From positions 1 to 64,000 of IMG/VR virus record IMGVR_UViG_3300042560_001229: a stretch of 64,000 nucleotides of DNA; one strand, given 5' to 3'. The DNA is from a virus. This document shows, in pieces, positions 9,324 through 19,350 of the stretch (position 1 is the first letter of the stretch; each line of letters opens with the position of its first letter). The translations under genes and the position numbers were made by a program. The notes beneath the pieces are model-generated. The model was not told the origin of the DNA and searched no databases. It saw only the letters and a program-made list of their open reading frames with translations.

Positions 9324-9545
9324 ATGAGCACCGAAGCAAAAGCAACCGACCAGCCACACCCGGCCCCGCCCCTTGACCCGAACGTGCTGGCGAAAGCCCA
9401 CGCCGATGCCATCACCGCGCTGTGTGGTGCCCTGCCCTCCCTGCTCAACTTTAAGGTAGGCTACGGCAACGACGCGGCTGCGAAGTCGGCGTTCGAGCGT
9501 ATCGAAAATAGCCACCAATACCTGATGAACCTGACCTTCCGATGA
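9324..9545 (+). CDS. hypothetical protein
   Basis: 73-aa ORF in operon. Confidence 0.6.
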   Translation: MSTEAKATDQPHPAPPLDPNVLAKAHADAITALCGALPSLLNFKVGYGNDAAAKSAFERIENSHQYLMNLTFR

Positions 9546-10321
9546 ACACGAACGAACTGCTCGACTCCCTTATCAATCGCGCCTTCACCGATGGTGACGA
9601 GAAAACCCGCCTCATGCTGATGTCGGTGCGGGACAGCCTCACGACCGAACGGTATGAGGCCACGGAACTGCTTCCCCAAAAGACACGTCTGGAGGAAGTC
9701 TTGCGCGTGACCAAGAATGCGGTGGAGAGACTCACCGAAGAACGAGACTCCGCGCATAAGTCCTGTTTGGAGGCCAGTCTGCTTGTGGAGGAGTATCGCG
9801 CTGCCTCCCATGATTGGCAGCAAAGGTGGCTGACCACTGACGCCGGGTTTCAGACAATCACGGCACAGGCCGCGAAGTTGCTGACTGAGCGAGATGAGGC
9901 TCTGTGCTGGAAGGAGAAGTTTGAGCAAGCCGAGGCTGACGCCAAAGCCTCCGAAATGATACTCAAGCAGGTCTGCGGGGAGCGTGATGCGTTGAAGGAA
10001 CAGTTGAAGAAGTGGGACACGTATCCGCCTTTCGAGGAATTATGCGGGGCTGAGTTCGAGGGACTGGATTCGGCAACGGATGTGGTGCGTGATCTGAAAG
10101 ACGAACGGGACAGGCTCAAGCAGTCCTTGGAAACCGCCCGCACCATCTACGCCAAGTTTGGGCAGCAGCGGAACAAGGCGGCGGCAAAACGTGATGCTTT
10201 GAAAACCCTGATCGAAGGAACGCTGGTGCCTGTTCTGGAGATGTGCGTCCCACACCCGCAGGCACCGCTGACATCGGAGCAACTGGCCGAAACCATCCTC
10301 AAGGCGAAAGGAGAAGCATGA
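9542..10321 (+). CDS. coiled-coil hypothetical protein
   Basis: Repeated ERD.L heptads. Confidence 0.75.
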   Translation: MNTNELLDSLINRAFTDGDEKTRLMLMSVRDSLTTERYEATELLPQKTRLEEVLRVTKNAVERLTEERDSAHKSCLEASLLVEEYRAASHDWQQRWLTTDAGFQTITAQAAKLLTERDEALCWKEKFEQAEADAKASEMILKQVCGERDALKEQLKKWDTYPPFEELCGAEFEGLDSATDVVRDLKDERDRLKQSLETARTIYAKFGQQRNKAAAKRDALKTLIEGTLVPVLEMCVPHPQAPLTSEQLAETILKAKGEA

Positions 10322-10554
10322 CCACTGAGGATGTGCAGGAGATGCTGGACGGCAACGAACTCGTCTCGTGGATGGAGCCGGATGACGGCACCGATGAACC
10401 GATCATTTGGTTCGCGCACGCGAAAGACCTTGTGCTTTGCCAGAAGGAAGTAGCGAAGGCGGTAACGAGGAACCCTGCTTGGGAGTATGACTCGGACAAG
10501 GATGCGCTGGAGGATTTCATCGTCATCCACTGGTGCGAAAGGACATGGCCATGA
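10318..10554 (+). CDS. acidic hypothetical protein
   Basis: ATGA overlaps. Confidence 0.6.
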   Translation: MTTEDVQEMLDGNELVSWMEPDDGTDEPIIWFAHAKDLVLCQKEVAKAVTRNPAWEYDSDKDALEDFIVIHWCERTWP

Positions 10555-10818
10555 GCATCCGCGTAGTCCACTGCAAGAGGGAGCCGCATGACATCTACAT
10601 CGGCAGGCCGAGTCCGTGGGGAAAACCCCTTTGAAATCGGCAGGGACGGAACGCGGGAGGAAGTCATTGCCAAGTATCGCACTTGGCTTGGTGAGCAACC
10701 GCACCTGATGAAGCTGCTCCCTACCCTGAGAGGCAAAGTGCTCGGATGCTGGTGCGCCCCGAAAGCCTGTCATGGTGACGTGCTCAAGGAACTGGCCGAG
10801 AGAGGGGAGAAGCCATGA
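10551..10818 (+). pseudogene. DUF4326-family gene with a 1-nt insertion
   Basis: MSIRVVHCKREPHDIYIGRPSPWG in one frame and NPFEIGRDG..LGCWCAPKACHGDVL in the next; extra A in AAAA 10622-10625. Confidence 0.8.
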
Positions 10819-11276
10819 AAGGATGGACAGCACCGCCAGTGGAAAGAGGGATACCGATTCCGGCTCCATCGAAACCAAGGAAGGGACGACCGCCCAACAC
10901 CCATCCACCATCGCCGTGGATTGCATGGCTGAAAACTTTGGCGGTGGGAGATTCGTTCCCCGTCTATTTCAGCACAGGGAATACGGTGAAGAAGTATCTG
11001 GAGAATCTCGGCATTGCTTACGAGTATCGGTGGGTAGGCGATGGGCAGGGTGGTAGGTTCTGGATTCTCAGCCAGCCTTGGCGCTGTGCGGAACGACCGG
11101 ATGGATTGCACCAGTGGGAACCGAAACCCTTGGAAGGGCTGAACCATTTTCGCTGCTCCGCATGTGGAGTCCCCGGAGTGCTGGACATCCCTGCAAAGCG
11201 CATCGTGCCCACCCTACCCTCCGAGGAACCCGCTCCACTTACCGAGAGGCCCGCCTCGACAGATTCAGCCGCGTAA
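10815..11276 (+). CDS. hypothetical protein (VERGIPIP..LAVGDSF DNA-binding-like N-terminus)
   Basis: Motif recognition; C-terminal CSAC. Confidence 0.6.
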   Translation: MKGWTAPPVERGIPIPAPSKPRKGRPPNTHPPSPWIAWLKTLAVGDSFPVYFSTGNTVKKYLENLGIAYEYRWVGDGQGGRFWILSQPWRCAERPDGLHQWEPKPLEGLNHFRCSACGVPGVLDIPAKRIVPTLPSEEPAPLTERPASTDSAA

Positions 11277-11284
11277 AAAAGAAC

Positions 11285-11617
11285 ATGAGCAACAAGACGA
11301 ACAGACGCATAGGGAAGTTTCGCATCAACCGCGAAGTCATGGACAACTGGCGGCAGGCAAACGGACTGCTGACCAACGTGTTCGTGCTCCGCTGTGAGTT
11401 CATGGAGGCTGACCGCTGCTTCCACTATGTCGCGCTGTGCGATGAGTTCGAGGAAGTCCAGTTGGGCGAGGAGCCACCTGAGTATGAAGTCATCGTGACC
11501 ACTCACGGAGATGGCAGTCAGACTGACTTTAGGTTTCGGCTGAACGAATTTGCCACAGTTTCAAAACGACTTCGGGCGCTGGACTTCTCGAAAACAGAAG
11601 CTAGGTCTGCTCCATAA
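11285..11617 (+). CDS. hypothetical protein
   Basis: In-frame ATG after previous stop. Confidence 0.65.
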   Translation: MSNKTNRRIGKFRINREVMDNWRQANGLLTNVFVLRCEFMEADRCFHYVALCDEFEEVQLGEEPPEYEVIVTTHGDGSQTDFRFRLNEFATVSKRLRALDFSKTEARSAP

Positions 11618-11700
11618 GGAAGAAAATCCATCGGTGGAAAACTTTGCAACTGTTGCAAATATCGCTTGTCCATGAAGCCGCTCAGAAAGAAGTTTGCGGC

Positions 11701-12033
11701 ATGAAAACGATGAAACTAATTCTGCTCGCAACCATGATGCTCACCGGCACGTTGTTTGCGGAACCCGACACGAGTGCAGCAGCCGACTGCCGGAAAATGC
11801 TGGCCGACCTGAATCAAGCGTCCCGCTCCCTAGCCAGTCCTGCGGAGAAGGCGACGATCATTCAGCAAATGCACAAGTCGGCCAAGCTCGCCTCCTACAA
11901 GGTTCCGTCTGCCAATCATTCCGCTCGCAAGATGCTGTGGGACGTTACCCTTGAATGCGGAAATGGTATGCGCTGGAATCCGGCAAAGGTGAAGTCCATG
12001 CTGGAAAGTGCCGTGCTGGAGTTGGAGAAGTGA
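11701..12033 (+). CDS. secreted/periplasmic protein
   Basis: Signal peptide MKTMKLILLATMMLTGTLFA; variant promoter TTGTCC 11666 and palindrome 11644. Confidence 0.7.
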   Translation: MKTMKLILLATMMLTGTLFAEPDTSAAADCRKMLADLNQASRSLASPAEKATIIQQMHKSAKLASYKVPSANHSARKMLWDVTLECGNGMRWNPAKVKSMLESAVLELEK

Positions 12034-12081
12034 AATGAGGACTTGCACAACGAATCGGGGCTGTGCATAGTCGGCACCGAT

Positions 12082-12834
12082 ATGACCAAATCACGCACGC
12101 GCAGTAAGGGCGGCAAGCCAGCCCTCAGCACCGAAGCACCGAAACTCCCCAAGACGATTGCGGAGATTACGATTGAGAGAAAGCAACTCACGGAGTTGCG
12201 GCCTCACCCCAAGAATCCGCGCACCCACCCCGAGCGGGGAACGGCGGAGTATGAGACGTTGAAGGCGTCTTTGGAGTATGACTACTTCGACCCGATGGTT
12301 TGGAATAAGCGCAACGGGATGCTCGTCTCCGGTCACTTCCGCCGACGCATCCTGCTCGACATGAGCTACACCGCTGCGGATGTCGTGGTGGTGGACTACG
12401 ACGAGAACACTCATTTGGCGAGGATGCTGGCGGCGAACAAGGGGTTGGGAAAGGTGAACAAGGCGCAGCAGAAAACCCTGTTTCAAGATTTGCTGGATGC
12501 GAGTGCGAAGATGGAGTTGTCGGGGTTCACGGACAAGGAGTGGGGCAAGTTCATTGATGCGGCTGGGGAATCGCTGGAGGGGCCGCAACCTGACTACCCC
12601 ATTGCTCCCATCCTCGGTGAGAAGCACGACTACGTGATCGTCTATACGGCGAACGAGACTGATCGAGCCTTCCTCCATTCCCTGCTAGGCATTCGCCAAG
12701 AGCGCAGCTACAAGAGCACCAGCATTGGTTTAGGGCGGGTGGTTACTTTTGAGCGGTTTGTTGCGGAGTTGGTAAAGAACAAGGAATCCTTGAACGCGCA
12801 GAGTCTTGTCTCCGGTAACTACCAGCCTGAGTAG
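12082..12834 (+). CDS. ParB/Srx N-terminal-domain protein
   Basis: LRPHPKNPRTH..LKASL..DPMVWNKRNGMLVSGHFR. Confidence 0.85.
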   Translation: MTKSRTRSKGGKPALSTEAPKLPKTIAEITIERKQLTELRPHPKNPRTHPERGTAEYETLKASLEYDYFDPMVWNKRNGMLVSGHFRRRILLDMSYTAADVVVVDYDENTHLARMLAANKGLGKVNKAQQKTLFQDLLDASAKMELSGFTDKEWGKFIDAAGESLEGPQPDYPIAPILGEKHDYVIVYTANETDRAFLHSLLGIRQERSYKSTSIGLGRVVTFERFVAELVKNKESLNAQSLVSGNYQPE

Positions 12835-12835
12835 C

Positions 12836-13579
12836 ATGAGAGTTCAAGTTGTTATACCTTCGTTTAGGCGAGCGAAGCTGTGTTTGTCTCATCGTCTGTT
12901 TTCCGATGCGTTAGTGTGCATACCTGATGATGAGGACTACGCGGAATATCTGGCTAGCGGTTTCACGAAAAAGCAGTTGCTTGTCCATTCGTCCAAGATG
13001 ATTGGGATAGCCCCGAAGCGGAACTGGATTCTGCAACAGTTTCAAAATGAGCCTGTGTTCATGGTTGACGACGACATGGAATCTTTTCATCGGGTTTATG
13101 GCAAACTCGGACAGACATCCAAGATAAAGGAAGTTGGGGCCGCGCAGGAGGTAATTAACAACCTAGCTCAGATGACTCATGATATGGGTGCCTTCATGTT
13201 CGGGCTTGGATGCTTTCCAGACCCCAAGCTGTTTGGCGTGGACAAGCCGTTTGCCATTACAGGGTTTATCCCCGGTGCAGCTATGGGTCTGCTTCCCGGT
13301 CACGGACTTAGTTTTGATACGCAGTTCCTACTACGGGACGACTTTGATATTTGCTGCATGAATGCCTTTAGGCACCGCATCTGTCTAAAGGAGAACCGCT
13401 TCACGTTCAGCACGGTTGAGATGTATAAGCGAGCCGGTGGTCAGGCGACTTACCGAACAGGCACCGTTGACGGTTCGTGCATTGAACGTCTTATCCTCAA
13501 GTATGGGAGTGATGTGATTATGCGGTCTGGCGTGATGGAAGGGCCGGTGGAGAAAATAAAGATGGTGCTCCCCTATTGA
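12836..13579 (+). CDS. TET-associated (TAGT/GREB1-like) glycosyltransferase 1
   Basis: VIPSFRR, GIAPKRNWIL, MVDDD, DDFD, GG..YR, LKYG. Confidence 0.8.
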   Translation: MRVQVVIPSFRRAKLCLSHRLFSDALVCIPDDEDYAEYLASGFTKKQLLVHSSKMIGIAPKRNWILQQFQNEPVFMVDDDMESFHRVYGKLGQTSKIKEVGAAQEVINNLAQMTHDMGAFMFGLGCFPDPKLFGVDKPFAITGFIPGAAMGLLPGHGLSFDTQFLLRDDFDICCMNAFRHRICLKENRFTFSTVEMYKRAGGQATYRTGTVDGSCIERLILKYGSDVIMRSGVMEGPVEKIKMVLPY

Positions 13580-13580
13580 T

Positions 13581-14345
13581 ATGCCCGAAGTCCGCGTCAT
13601 CATTCCATCGTTCCGTCGCAGTCAGTTGATTTACTCTCATAGGGTCTTGGAGGATTACATCGTGTGCATCCCTGAGTCCGATTATGCCGACTACGTGGCC
13701 GTGGGGATTCCGAAGAAACGAATTGTCTGTCACCCGAACACAGTGATCGGGTTGTGCCCGAAGCGGAATTGGATTTTCGACAACCTCGAAAACGGCAAAC
13801 CGTTCCTATCGCTGGACGATGACATCCACGGCATGATGCGGACGTTCACGCCAGCCGGTGTGACGACGCTGTTGGACAGCAAGGTGGCCGTCCATGAAAT
13901 CATTGATAACACGGTGAGCATGGCAGAGGAGATTGGGGCGAAGTTCTTTGGCTTTGCGAACAGTGCCGACATTCGCACGATCAATTTCAATGTGCCGTTC
14001 GCCCTTACCGGATTCGTCAACGGATGGAGTATGGGATTCCTGCCGGGGCATGGTCTGCGCCTGCCGGAGAACCTGATTGGCAAGGAGGATTACGAACTGT
14101 CGTTGCAGAACGCTTTTCGACACCGCATCTGCTTCCGCAACAATCGCTATGGGTTCAATGCCGAGGGGACGTTCAAGAACACCGGAGGGTTGGCCGTCTA
14201 TCGAAATAACGAGACGGAGAAGAAGGCCGTGGCCATTCTCCAGCAACGCTATGGGTCGGACGTAGTGCTTGTGGTCAGGCGCACAGGGTTCAAGACACAG
14301 GAGCATGTAGGGTATCAGAAAATTGCCCTCAACCTTCCATTCTGA
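13581..14345 (+). CDS. TET-associated (TAGT/GREB1-like) glycosyltransferase 2
   Basis: IIPSFRR, GLCPKRNWIF, LDDD, KEDYE, NTGG..YR; paralog of the upstream gene. Confidence 0.82.
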   Translation: MPEVRVIIPSFRRSQLIYSHRVLEDYIVCIPESDYADYVAVGIPKKRIVCHPNTVIGLCPKRNWIFDNLENGKPFLSLDDDIHGMMRTFTPAGVTTLLDSKVAVHEIIDNTVSMAEEIGAKFFGFANSADIRTINFNVPFALTGFVNGWSMGFLPGHGLRLPENLIGKEDYELSLQNAFRHRICFRNNRYGFNAEGTFKNTGGLAVYRNNETEKKAVAILQQRYGSDVVLVVRRTGFKTQEHVGYQKIALNLPF

Positions 14346-15355
14346 TGAAGGTGCTGGTTGTAGGCAGTGGAATTAGCGGACTGGTCGCGGCCCGTTTGAT
14401 GCGAGATGCTGGGCATGATGTGGTCGTGCTGGAGACTCGTGAACATATCGGCGGGAACTGCTACGACTACAAGGATGCGCCTACTGGAGTGACGGTTCAC
14501 AAGTATGGCCCGCATTGTCTGCACACCAATTCGGATACGGTGGCTTTGTTCCTCCAACGCTTCGGGAAGTTCAACGATTTCAGTCCAGAAGTGTGGGGAC
14601 GCATAGGGGATGGGCGATTGGTGCCCGTTCCGTTCAACCTGCACGGTGCGGATTTGGTGGGGCCAAAGACACCCGAGGAGATTAGGGACATGATCTTCGT
14701 GGACTACTCTGAGAAGATGTGGGGCAGGCCGTGGGAGCAGATACCGGAGAACATCCGCAAGCGGTTGCCGGTTATGAGGGAAAGCCATGAACTGCGCTTC
14801 CACCAAACCAAGTATGTCGGAGTGCCGGTGGACGGATGGACGAGTCTGCTAAGTGCTATGGCCGAGGGGGTGACTGTCCATCTGAATACTATCTTGGGGG
14901 AATGGATTTCGTGGAGCAGGAATTGGGCAGACCTGACCATTTACACGGGAAAGCTGGATGCGTTTTACGGTTATCGGCACGGCAGGCTCCCTTATCGGAG
15001 TTTGGACATCAAGATTGAGCGCACCACGCGCCAGCGGCATTTCCAGATTAACGAATGCAACAGTTTCAATAAATGGACGCGGGCGTGTGACCAAGGATGG
15101 TGGTATGGGAAGCATGAGGATGCCACCATTGTCACGCGGGAGTATTCAGTTGACCACACACCGGAGAATGAGCCGTATTACCCGATGAGGCCGTTTAGCG
15201 GTGCAACGGAGATGTGGGAGAAGTATGATGCGCTGGCGAAGCATGAGTCGCGGACAGTATTCCTTGGGAGGCTGGCGAACTACACCTACATAGACATGGG
15301 TGTGGCTGTTGGAACGGTGTTGGGAAAAGTTGGGAAAATTACTGGAGTAGCATGA
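14345..15355 (+). CDS. glf: UDP-galactopyranose mutase 1
   Basis: GSGISG FAD motif, IGGNCYD, HKYGPH, LPYRSL, YYP, GRLANYTYIDM. Confidence 0.9.
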   Translation: MKVLVVGSGISGLVAARLMRDAGHDVVVLETREHIGGNCYDYKDAPTGVTVHKYGPHCLHTNSDTVALFLQRFGKFNDFSPEVWGRIGDGRLVPVPFNLHGADLVGPKTPEEIRDMIFVDYSEKMWGRPWEQIPENIRKRLPVMRESHELRFHQTKYVGVPVDGWTSLLSAMAEGVTVHLNTILGEWISWSRNWADLTIYTGKLDAFYGYRHGRLPYRSLDIKIERTTRQRHFQINECNSFNKWTRACDQGWWYGKHEDATIVTREYSVDHTPENEPYYPMRPFSGATEMWEKYDALAKHESRTVFLGRLANYTYIDMGVAVGTVLGKVGKITGVA

Positions 15356-16380
15356 AGGTGCTGGTTGTGGGTGCCGGGATAAGTGGGGCGACAGTGGCGG
15401 CAAGGTTGCGGCAGTCGCGGCACGCCGTAACGGTCGTGGACTCGCGCTCGGTGGTAGGAGGGAACTGCCATGATTATCGGGATGACGTAACCGGAGTAAT
15501 GGTGCATAAGTATGGGCCGCATGTGTTTCACACCAAGCAGGTTGCGGTGTGGAATTTTCTCCAAGACTACACGGAGTTTGATCGTCTGGACTTGAAGATC
15601 GTGGCTGAGTTGCAGGACAGGAGGGTAGTGCCTATTCCTTACAATGACACCACGCGGAGGATTGTCGGTGACTGGACGGAGGAGGACATCCTGCGGGAGA
15701 TTGTGGTGCCGTATTCGGAGAAGATGTGGGGGTGTCCGTTTGCCGAGATTCCGAAATCCATCACCAACCGCGTGCCCAAGCCAAGGGTCGGTAATGACGA
15801 CAGATGGCATCAGGACACGTTGCAGGGTGTGCCGAGGCATGGCTACACGCAAATGGTGGAGAGTATGTTGGAGGGGTGTGATGTGCTGGTGGGCGTTGAC
15901 GGGGACTACTGGAGACGCATCCGCGACGACTTCGATCTGGTGGTCTATACCGGCAAGCTGGATGACTACTTCCAGAGCATCCACGGTGCGCTGCCCTATC
16001 GTTCGCTGAACATTGTCTCGGAGGTGAAGACATGGCGTCTCCCTACCATGCAGATGAATGCCTGCAACACTCGCAACCCGTTCACCCGGCAGATAGATCA
16101 CGGCCACTGGTATCCGTATCGCAGCAGTGTCTCGAAGTGGACGACGATCATTTCGACGGAGACGCCCTGCGCTCATGTGCCGGGTGAAAATGAAGCGTTC
16201 TACCCAATGGCGGCGTTTGCTGGGGTGGAGGAGTTGGCCGGAAAGTATCGGGCAATGGCCGAGGCTGAATCACGCACGCTGTTTGTGGGAAGGCTTGCAA
16301 CTTACACGTATCTGGATATGGATGTTGCGGTCGGCATCGCCCTCAAGACTGCTGAGAGACTGCTGAACCTACCTATATGA
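15352..16380 (+). CDS. glf: UDP-galactopyranose mutase 2
   Basis: GAGISG, GGNCHD, HKYGPHVFHT, LPYRSL, GRLATYTYLDMD. Confidence 0.92.
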   Translation: MKVLVVGAGISGATVAARLRQSRHAVTVVDSRSVVGGNCHDYRDDVTGVMVHKYGPHVFHTKQVAVWNFLQDYTEFDRLDLKIVAELQDRRVVPIPYNDTTRRIVGDWTEEDILREIVVPYSEKMWGCPFAEIPKSITNRVPKPRVGNDDRWHQDTLQGVPRHGYTQMVESMLEGCDVLVGVDGDYWRRIRDDFDLVVYTGKLDDYFQSIHGALPYRSLNIVSEVKTWRLPTMQMNACNTRNPFTRQIDHGHWYPYRSSVSKWTTIISTETPCAHVPGENEAFYPMAAFAGVEELAGKYRAMAEAESRTLFVGRLATYTYLDMDVAVGIALKTAERLLNLPI

Positions 16381-16889
16381 CCACACGCATCCGCACCAAG
16401 AAGCCAGCCGCCCCGAAGATGAAGCTCGTCCCTGTTGACACGATGGGGCGCAGTCGGGAGCGGGACACCGAACGCACCGCCCGCAACAAGGAGATTTTCC
16501 TCAGCAAGCTGAGGGATGCGCTGGGCATTGTGAAAGCCGCCTGCGATGCCACCGGGATTCATCGGACAACCTACTATTGGTGGATGACGCATGACCCGGT
16601 GTTCAAGAAGGCTGCGGATGATCTGATTGAGGAGCGCATTGACGTGGCCGAGGCCGCGCTGGTGAAGTCCATCAAGGAGGGGCAGCCTGCTGCGATTATC
16701 TTCTTCCTCAAGACCAAGGCGAAGCACCGGGGCTACGTGGAGCGCATGGAGCACGTCGGCACGGCAGAGGCTCCCATCGTGGTGCATCATGGTGTGGACA
16801 TGCAGTGGTTGAATGAGGAACTGCCCAAGGAGAAGCTGGCTGGCATCCTTGGAAAACTCCACTCGGCCAATGGTCGCTCTGAGCAGTGA
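16377..16889 (+). CDS. terS: terminase small subunit
   Basis: HTH GIVKAAC..GIHRTTYYWW..DPVF, AIIFFLKTKAKHRGYVER; directly upstream of TerL. Confidence 0.82.
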   Translation: MTTRIRTKKPAAPKMKLVPVDTMGRSRERDTERTARNKEIFLSKLRDALGIVKAACDATGIHRTTYYWWMTHDPVFKKAADDLIEERIDVAEAALVKSIKEGQPAAIIFFLKTKAKHRGYVERMEHVGTAEAPIVVHHGVDMQWLNEELPKEKLAGILGKLHSANGRSEQ

Positions 16890-18321
16890 GACGGAGCAGG
16901 CGGAAGTGTTTCGTGCGCTGGTGCAGAAGGCGCGGACGGACTTCCTGACCTACCTGCTGCTGTTCAACCCACCGGGGTCGGACATCGTGCTGAGTGACTG
17001 CCACCTTGCACTGGCCGAACTGGTGCAGGGTGTGGTGGACAATCATCTGTCCAAGAGGCAGGCCACGTCCATGCCGCCGCAGCATGGCAAGAGCACGATG
17101 CTGTCGAAGGAGGCAGTGTCATGGATTGTGGGACGACTGCCGGGGATACAGGTGGCGTTGACCAGTTTCAGCCACGAACTTGTCACTGACTTCTCGAAGG
17201 CGATTCGTAGCCGGGTGGAGATGCCCCTCTACGAGATGATCTTCCCCAAGGCGACGTTGCATCCGCTTTTCAACAGGTCAGATAGTTGGATGCTGAACAA
17301 CGGAAGCGGGGTAAGGGCTAAGTCGGTAGGGAAGAAGCTGACCGGACGCCGGGTGGACTGGCTGATTATTGATGATGCCCACTCCGGTCGTCGTGAGGCC
17401 GAAAGTCCTCTGGCAAGGAAGCGAGTGCGCGAGTGGTATTTCGGTGATTGCATCAGCCGTCTGGCTCCGAGTGCCACCGTTTTTATCATAGGGACTCGCT
17501 GGCATCCGCAGGATTTGATTGGGCATCTGATCGGGGAGGAATACACCGAGGAGATGGTGTTGCAGGGCAAGACGCAGGAGTTGTTCAGTGCCACGAACAT
17601 GGAGGCCATCTGCACGGACACGGACAAAGACCCGCTGCATCGGGATGTGGGAGCCGCCCTATTCCCCGAAGTGCGTAACCGGGTGTTCTTGGAAAACATC
17701 AGGGCGGCGATTCCAGAGTATGAGTGGCAGAGTCAGTTCCAAGGCAAGCCGCAGACCAGCGGCAGCGGACAGGTGGACATCAATAAGCTGCATCGCATCA
17801 GCATGTCGGATGTGCCCACGAACATCGAATGGTTCCGTGGTTGGGACTTGGCGCTGACGGAGAACAAGACCAGCGACTACTCGGCAGGGCCGCTCTGCGC
17901 CTATGACAAGGCGAAGGACTTTTTCTACATCATTGATATGTTCCGTGAGAAGCTGGCGTGGCCAAGGTTGAAGCCGCAGATTGTCCGTCTGGCGAAGCTC
18001 GACCATGAGGAGCACGGTTCGCATCGCGTAGGCATGGAGGCGGTGATTGGTTTCGACATCGGCTGGCAGGAAGTGCGGCAGGAGTTGATGGGTGTGATGA
18101 AGGTGGAGAAGCGCAATCCGTCCTCGGACAAGCTGATTCGAGCGCAGCCGTGGTTTAACAAGATCGAAGCCGGGAAGGTGTTCCTCGTCCGTGGGGAATG
18201 GAACCGGGACTTCCTCAACGAGTTGTCCCTTTTCCCCGATGGCGACCATGATGACCAGATAGATGGAGTCTCGGTTTGCTGGGAGATGGCGACCAAGGTG
18301 CAGAAGCTCCTGTTCGCGTAA
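16870..18321 (+). CDS. terL: terminase large subunit
   Basis: MPPQHGKS Walker A, LIIDD Walker B, GTRWH, GWDLA, FPDGDHDDQID nuclease. Confidence 0.95.
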   Translation: MVALSSETEQAEVFRALVQKARTDFLTYLLLFNPPGSDIVLSDCHLALAELVQGVVDNHLSKRQATSMPPQHGKSTMLSKEAVSWIVGRLPGIQVALTSFSHELVTDFSKAIRSRVEMPLYEMIFPKATLHPLFNRSDSWMLNNGSGVRAKSVGKKLTGRRVDWLIIDDAHSGRREAESPLARKRVREWYFGDCISRLAPSATVFIIGTRWHPQDLIGHLIGEEYTEEMVLQGKTQELFSATNMEAICTDTDKDPLHRDVGAALFPEVRNRVFLENIRAAIPEYEWQSQFQGKPQTSGSGQVDINKLHRISMSDVPTNIEWFRGWDLALTENKTSDYSAGPLCAYDKAKDFFYIIDMFREKLAWPRLKPQIVRLAKLDHEEHGSHRVGMEAVIGFDIGWQEVRQELMGVMKVEKRNPSSDKLIRAQPWFNKIEAGKVFLVRGEWNRDFLNELSLFPDGDHDDQIDGVSVCWEMATKVQKLLFA

Positions 18322-18476
18322 TCCACACCCAAACCGCCTCTTAGGACAGGCCGCTCCAGAGGCCACAAAAGCCCCATACGTTGAGCAGGCTGGCTTCCCC
18401 ACTACCTACCCTCCAGAAGTTGCAAACGCCGGTTTCCAGTCATCGAAACTATTTTTGCAACAGTTGCAAATTCTTT

Positions 18477-18513
18477 TTGACAACGAATCACTCCTGTAAG
18501 AAACTGCTGCCTT
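18477..18513 (+). promoter_or_regulatory. Conserved promoter with upstream palindrome, near-identical to 307
   Basis: TTCTTTTTGACAACGAATCACTCCTGTAAGAA shared with 301-332; ATG 18514. Confidence 0.88.
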
Positions 18514-18798
18514 ATGAAATCCACCCGCCAACCCGACCCCGCTGAAATCCAACGCAAGCTCGATCTTGCCATTGCCTTCAAAGCCGCCTGCGCCCGTCTG
18601 CGGGCCACCCGCGCTCGCACCCTGTCCGAGCAGCCGCCCCTCTCCACCTACGTCAACGGTGTGTATGACGACCGGAGCGAGGACTTCCACGCCCGCGAGA
18701 ACGAAATCGAAAATGACCGCCGTGCTGCGGAGTTCGATGAAACCGTGGCCGAACGCGCCGCGCAGTTCAGTGAGCACGCCCTCCCTACCGCCTACTGA
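18514..18798 (+). CDS. hypothetical protein (MKST start)
   Basis: Follows promoter. Confidence 0.7.
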   Translation: MKSTRQPDPAEIQRKLDLAIAFKAACARLRATRARTLSEQPPLSTYVNGVYDDRSEDFHARENEIENDRRAAEFDETVAERAAQFSEHALPTAY

Positions 18799-18799
18799 C

Positions 18800-19081
18800 A
18801 TGAGCTACCAGACTATCGAAGCAACCATGTATCTGGAGCGGGATGGGTATGAAGTGCAGGTGTCCCTCAGCGCCACGTTCATTCCCGGCTCACGCCAGAC
18901 CCGCGAGGAGCCTGTCGAGGAAGCCTGCTTGGAGGATGTCACAGCCAAGTTGCCCGATGGACGGGAACTGACTTTGGAGGACGATGAGGAGGACGATGCC
19001 GAGCAAGCTCTGTGGCAAGCAGTCGAGGGTAAGCGCGAGGATGCACAGGTTCGTAACCACGTAAGCCGAAGGGACGAATAG
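18800..19081 (+). CDS. acidic hypothetical protein
   Basis: In-frame ATG after previous stop. Confidence 0.65.
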   Translation: MSYQTIEATMYLERDGYEVQVSLSATFIPGSRQTREEPVEEACLEDVTAKLPDGRELTLEDDEEDDAEQALWQAVEGKREDAQVRNHVSRRDE

Positions 19082-19350
19082 CATGAGCAGAAACGATCAA
19101 GAACTTCTGATATTCGCCATCTACATGCTGGCTGTCGCCATCTGGACGGTCGCCTACTTCATACCGGCACCCTCGCTATGACCATCACCTATCTGAACGG
19201 AGAGAACAGGCAAGTGACCGAGCATCTGCCCTGCCGCACGGCTCTTGCCGCTGTGGAGTTGCTGAAAGCCGCAGGGAAGAATTTCAAGTATCTCGTGCGC
19301 TGTGAACCAGACGCACCCGCAGTGAAACCAAAAACAGAAAACCAACCGAA

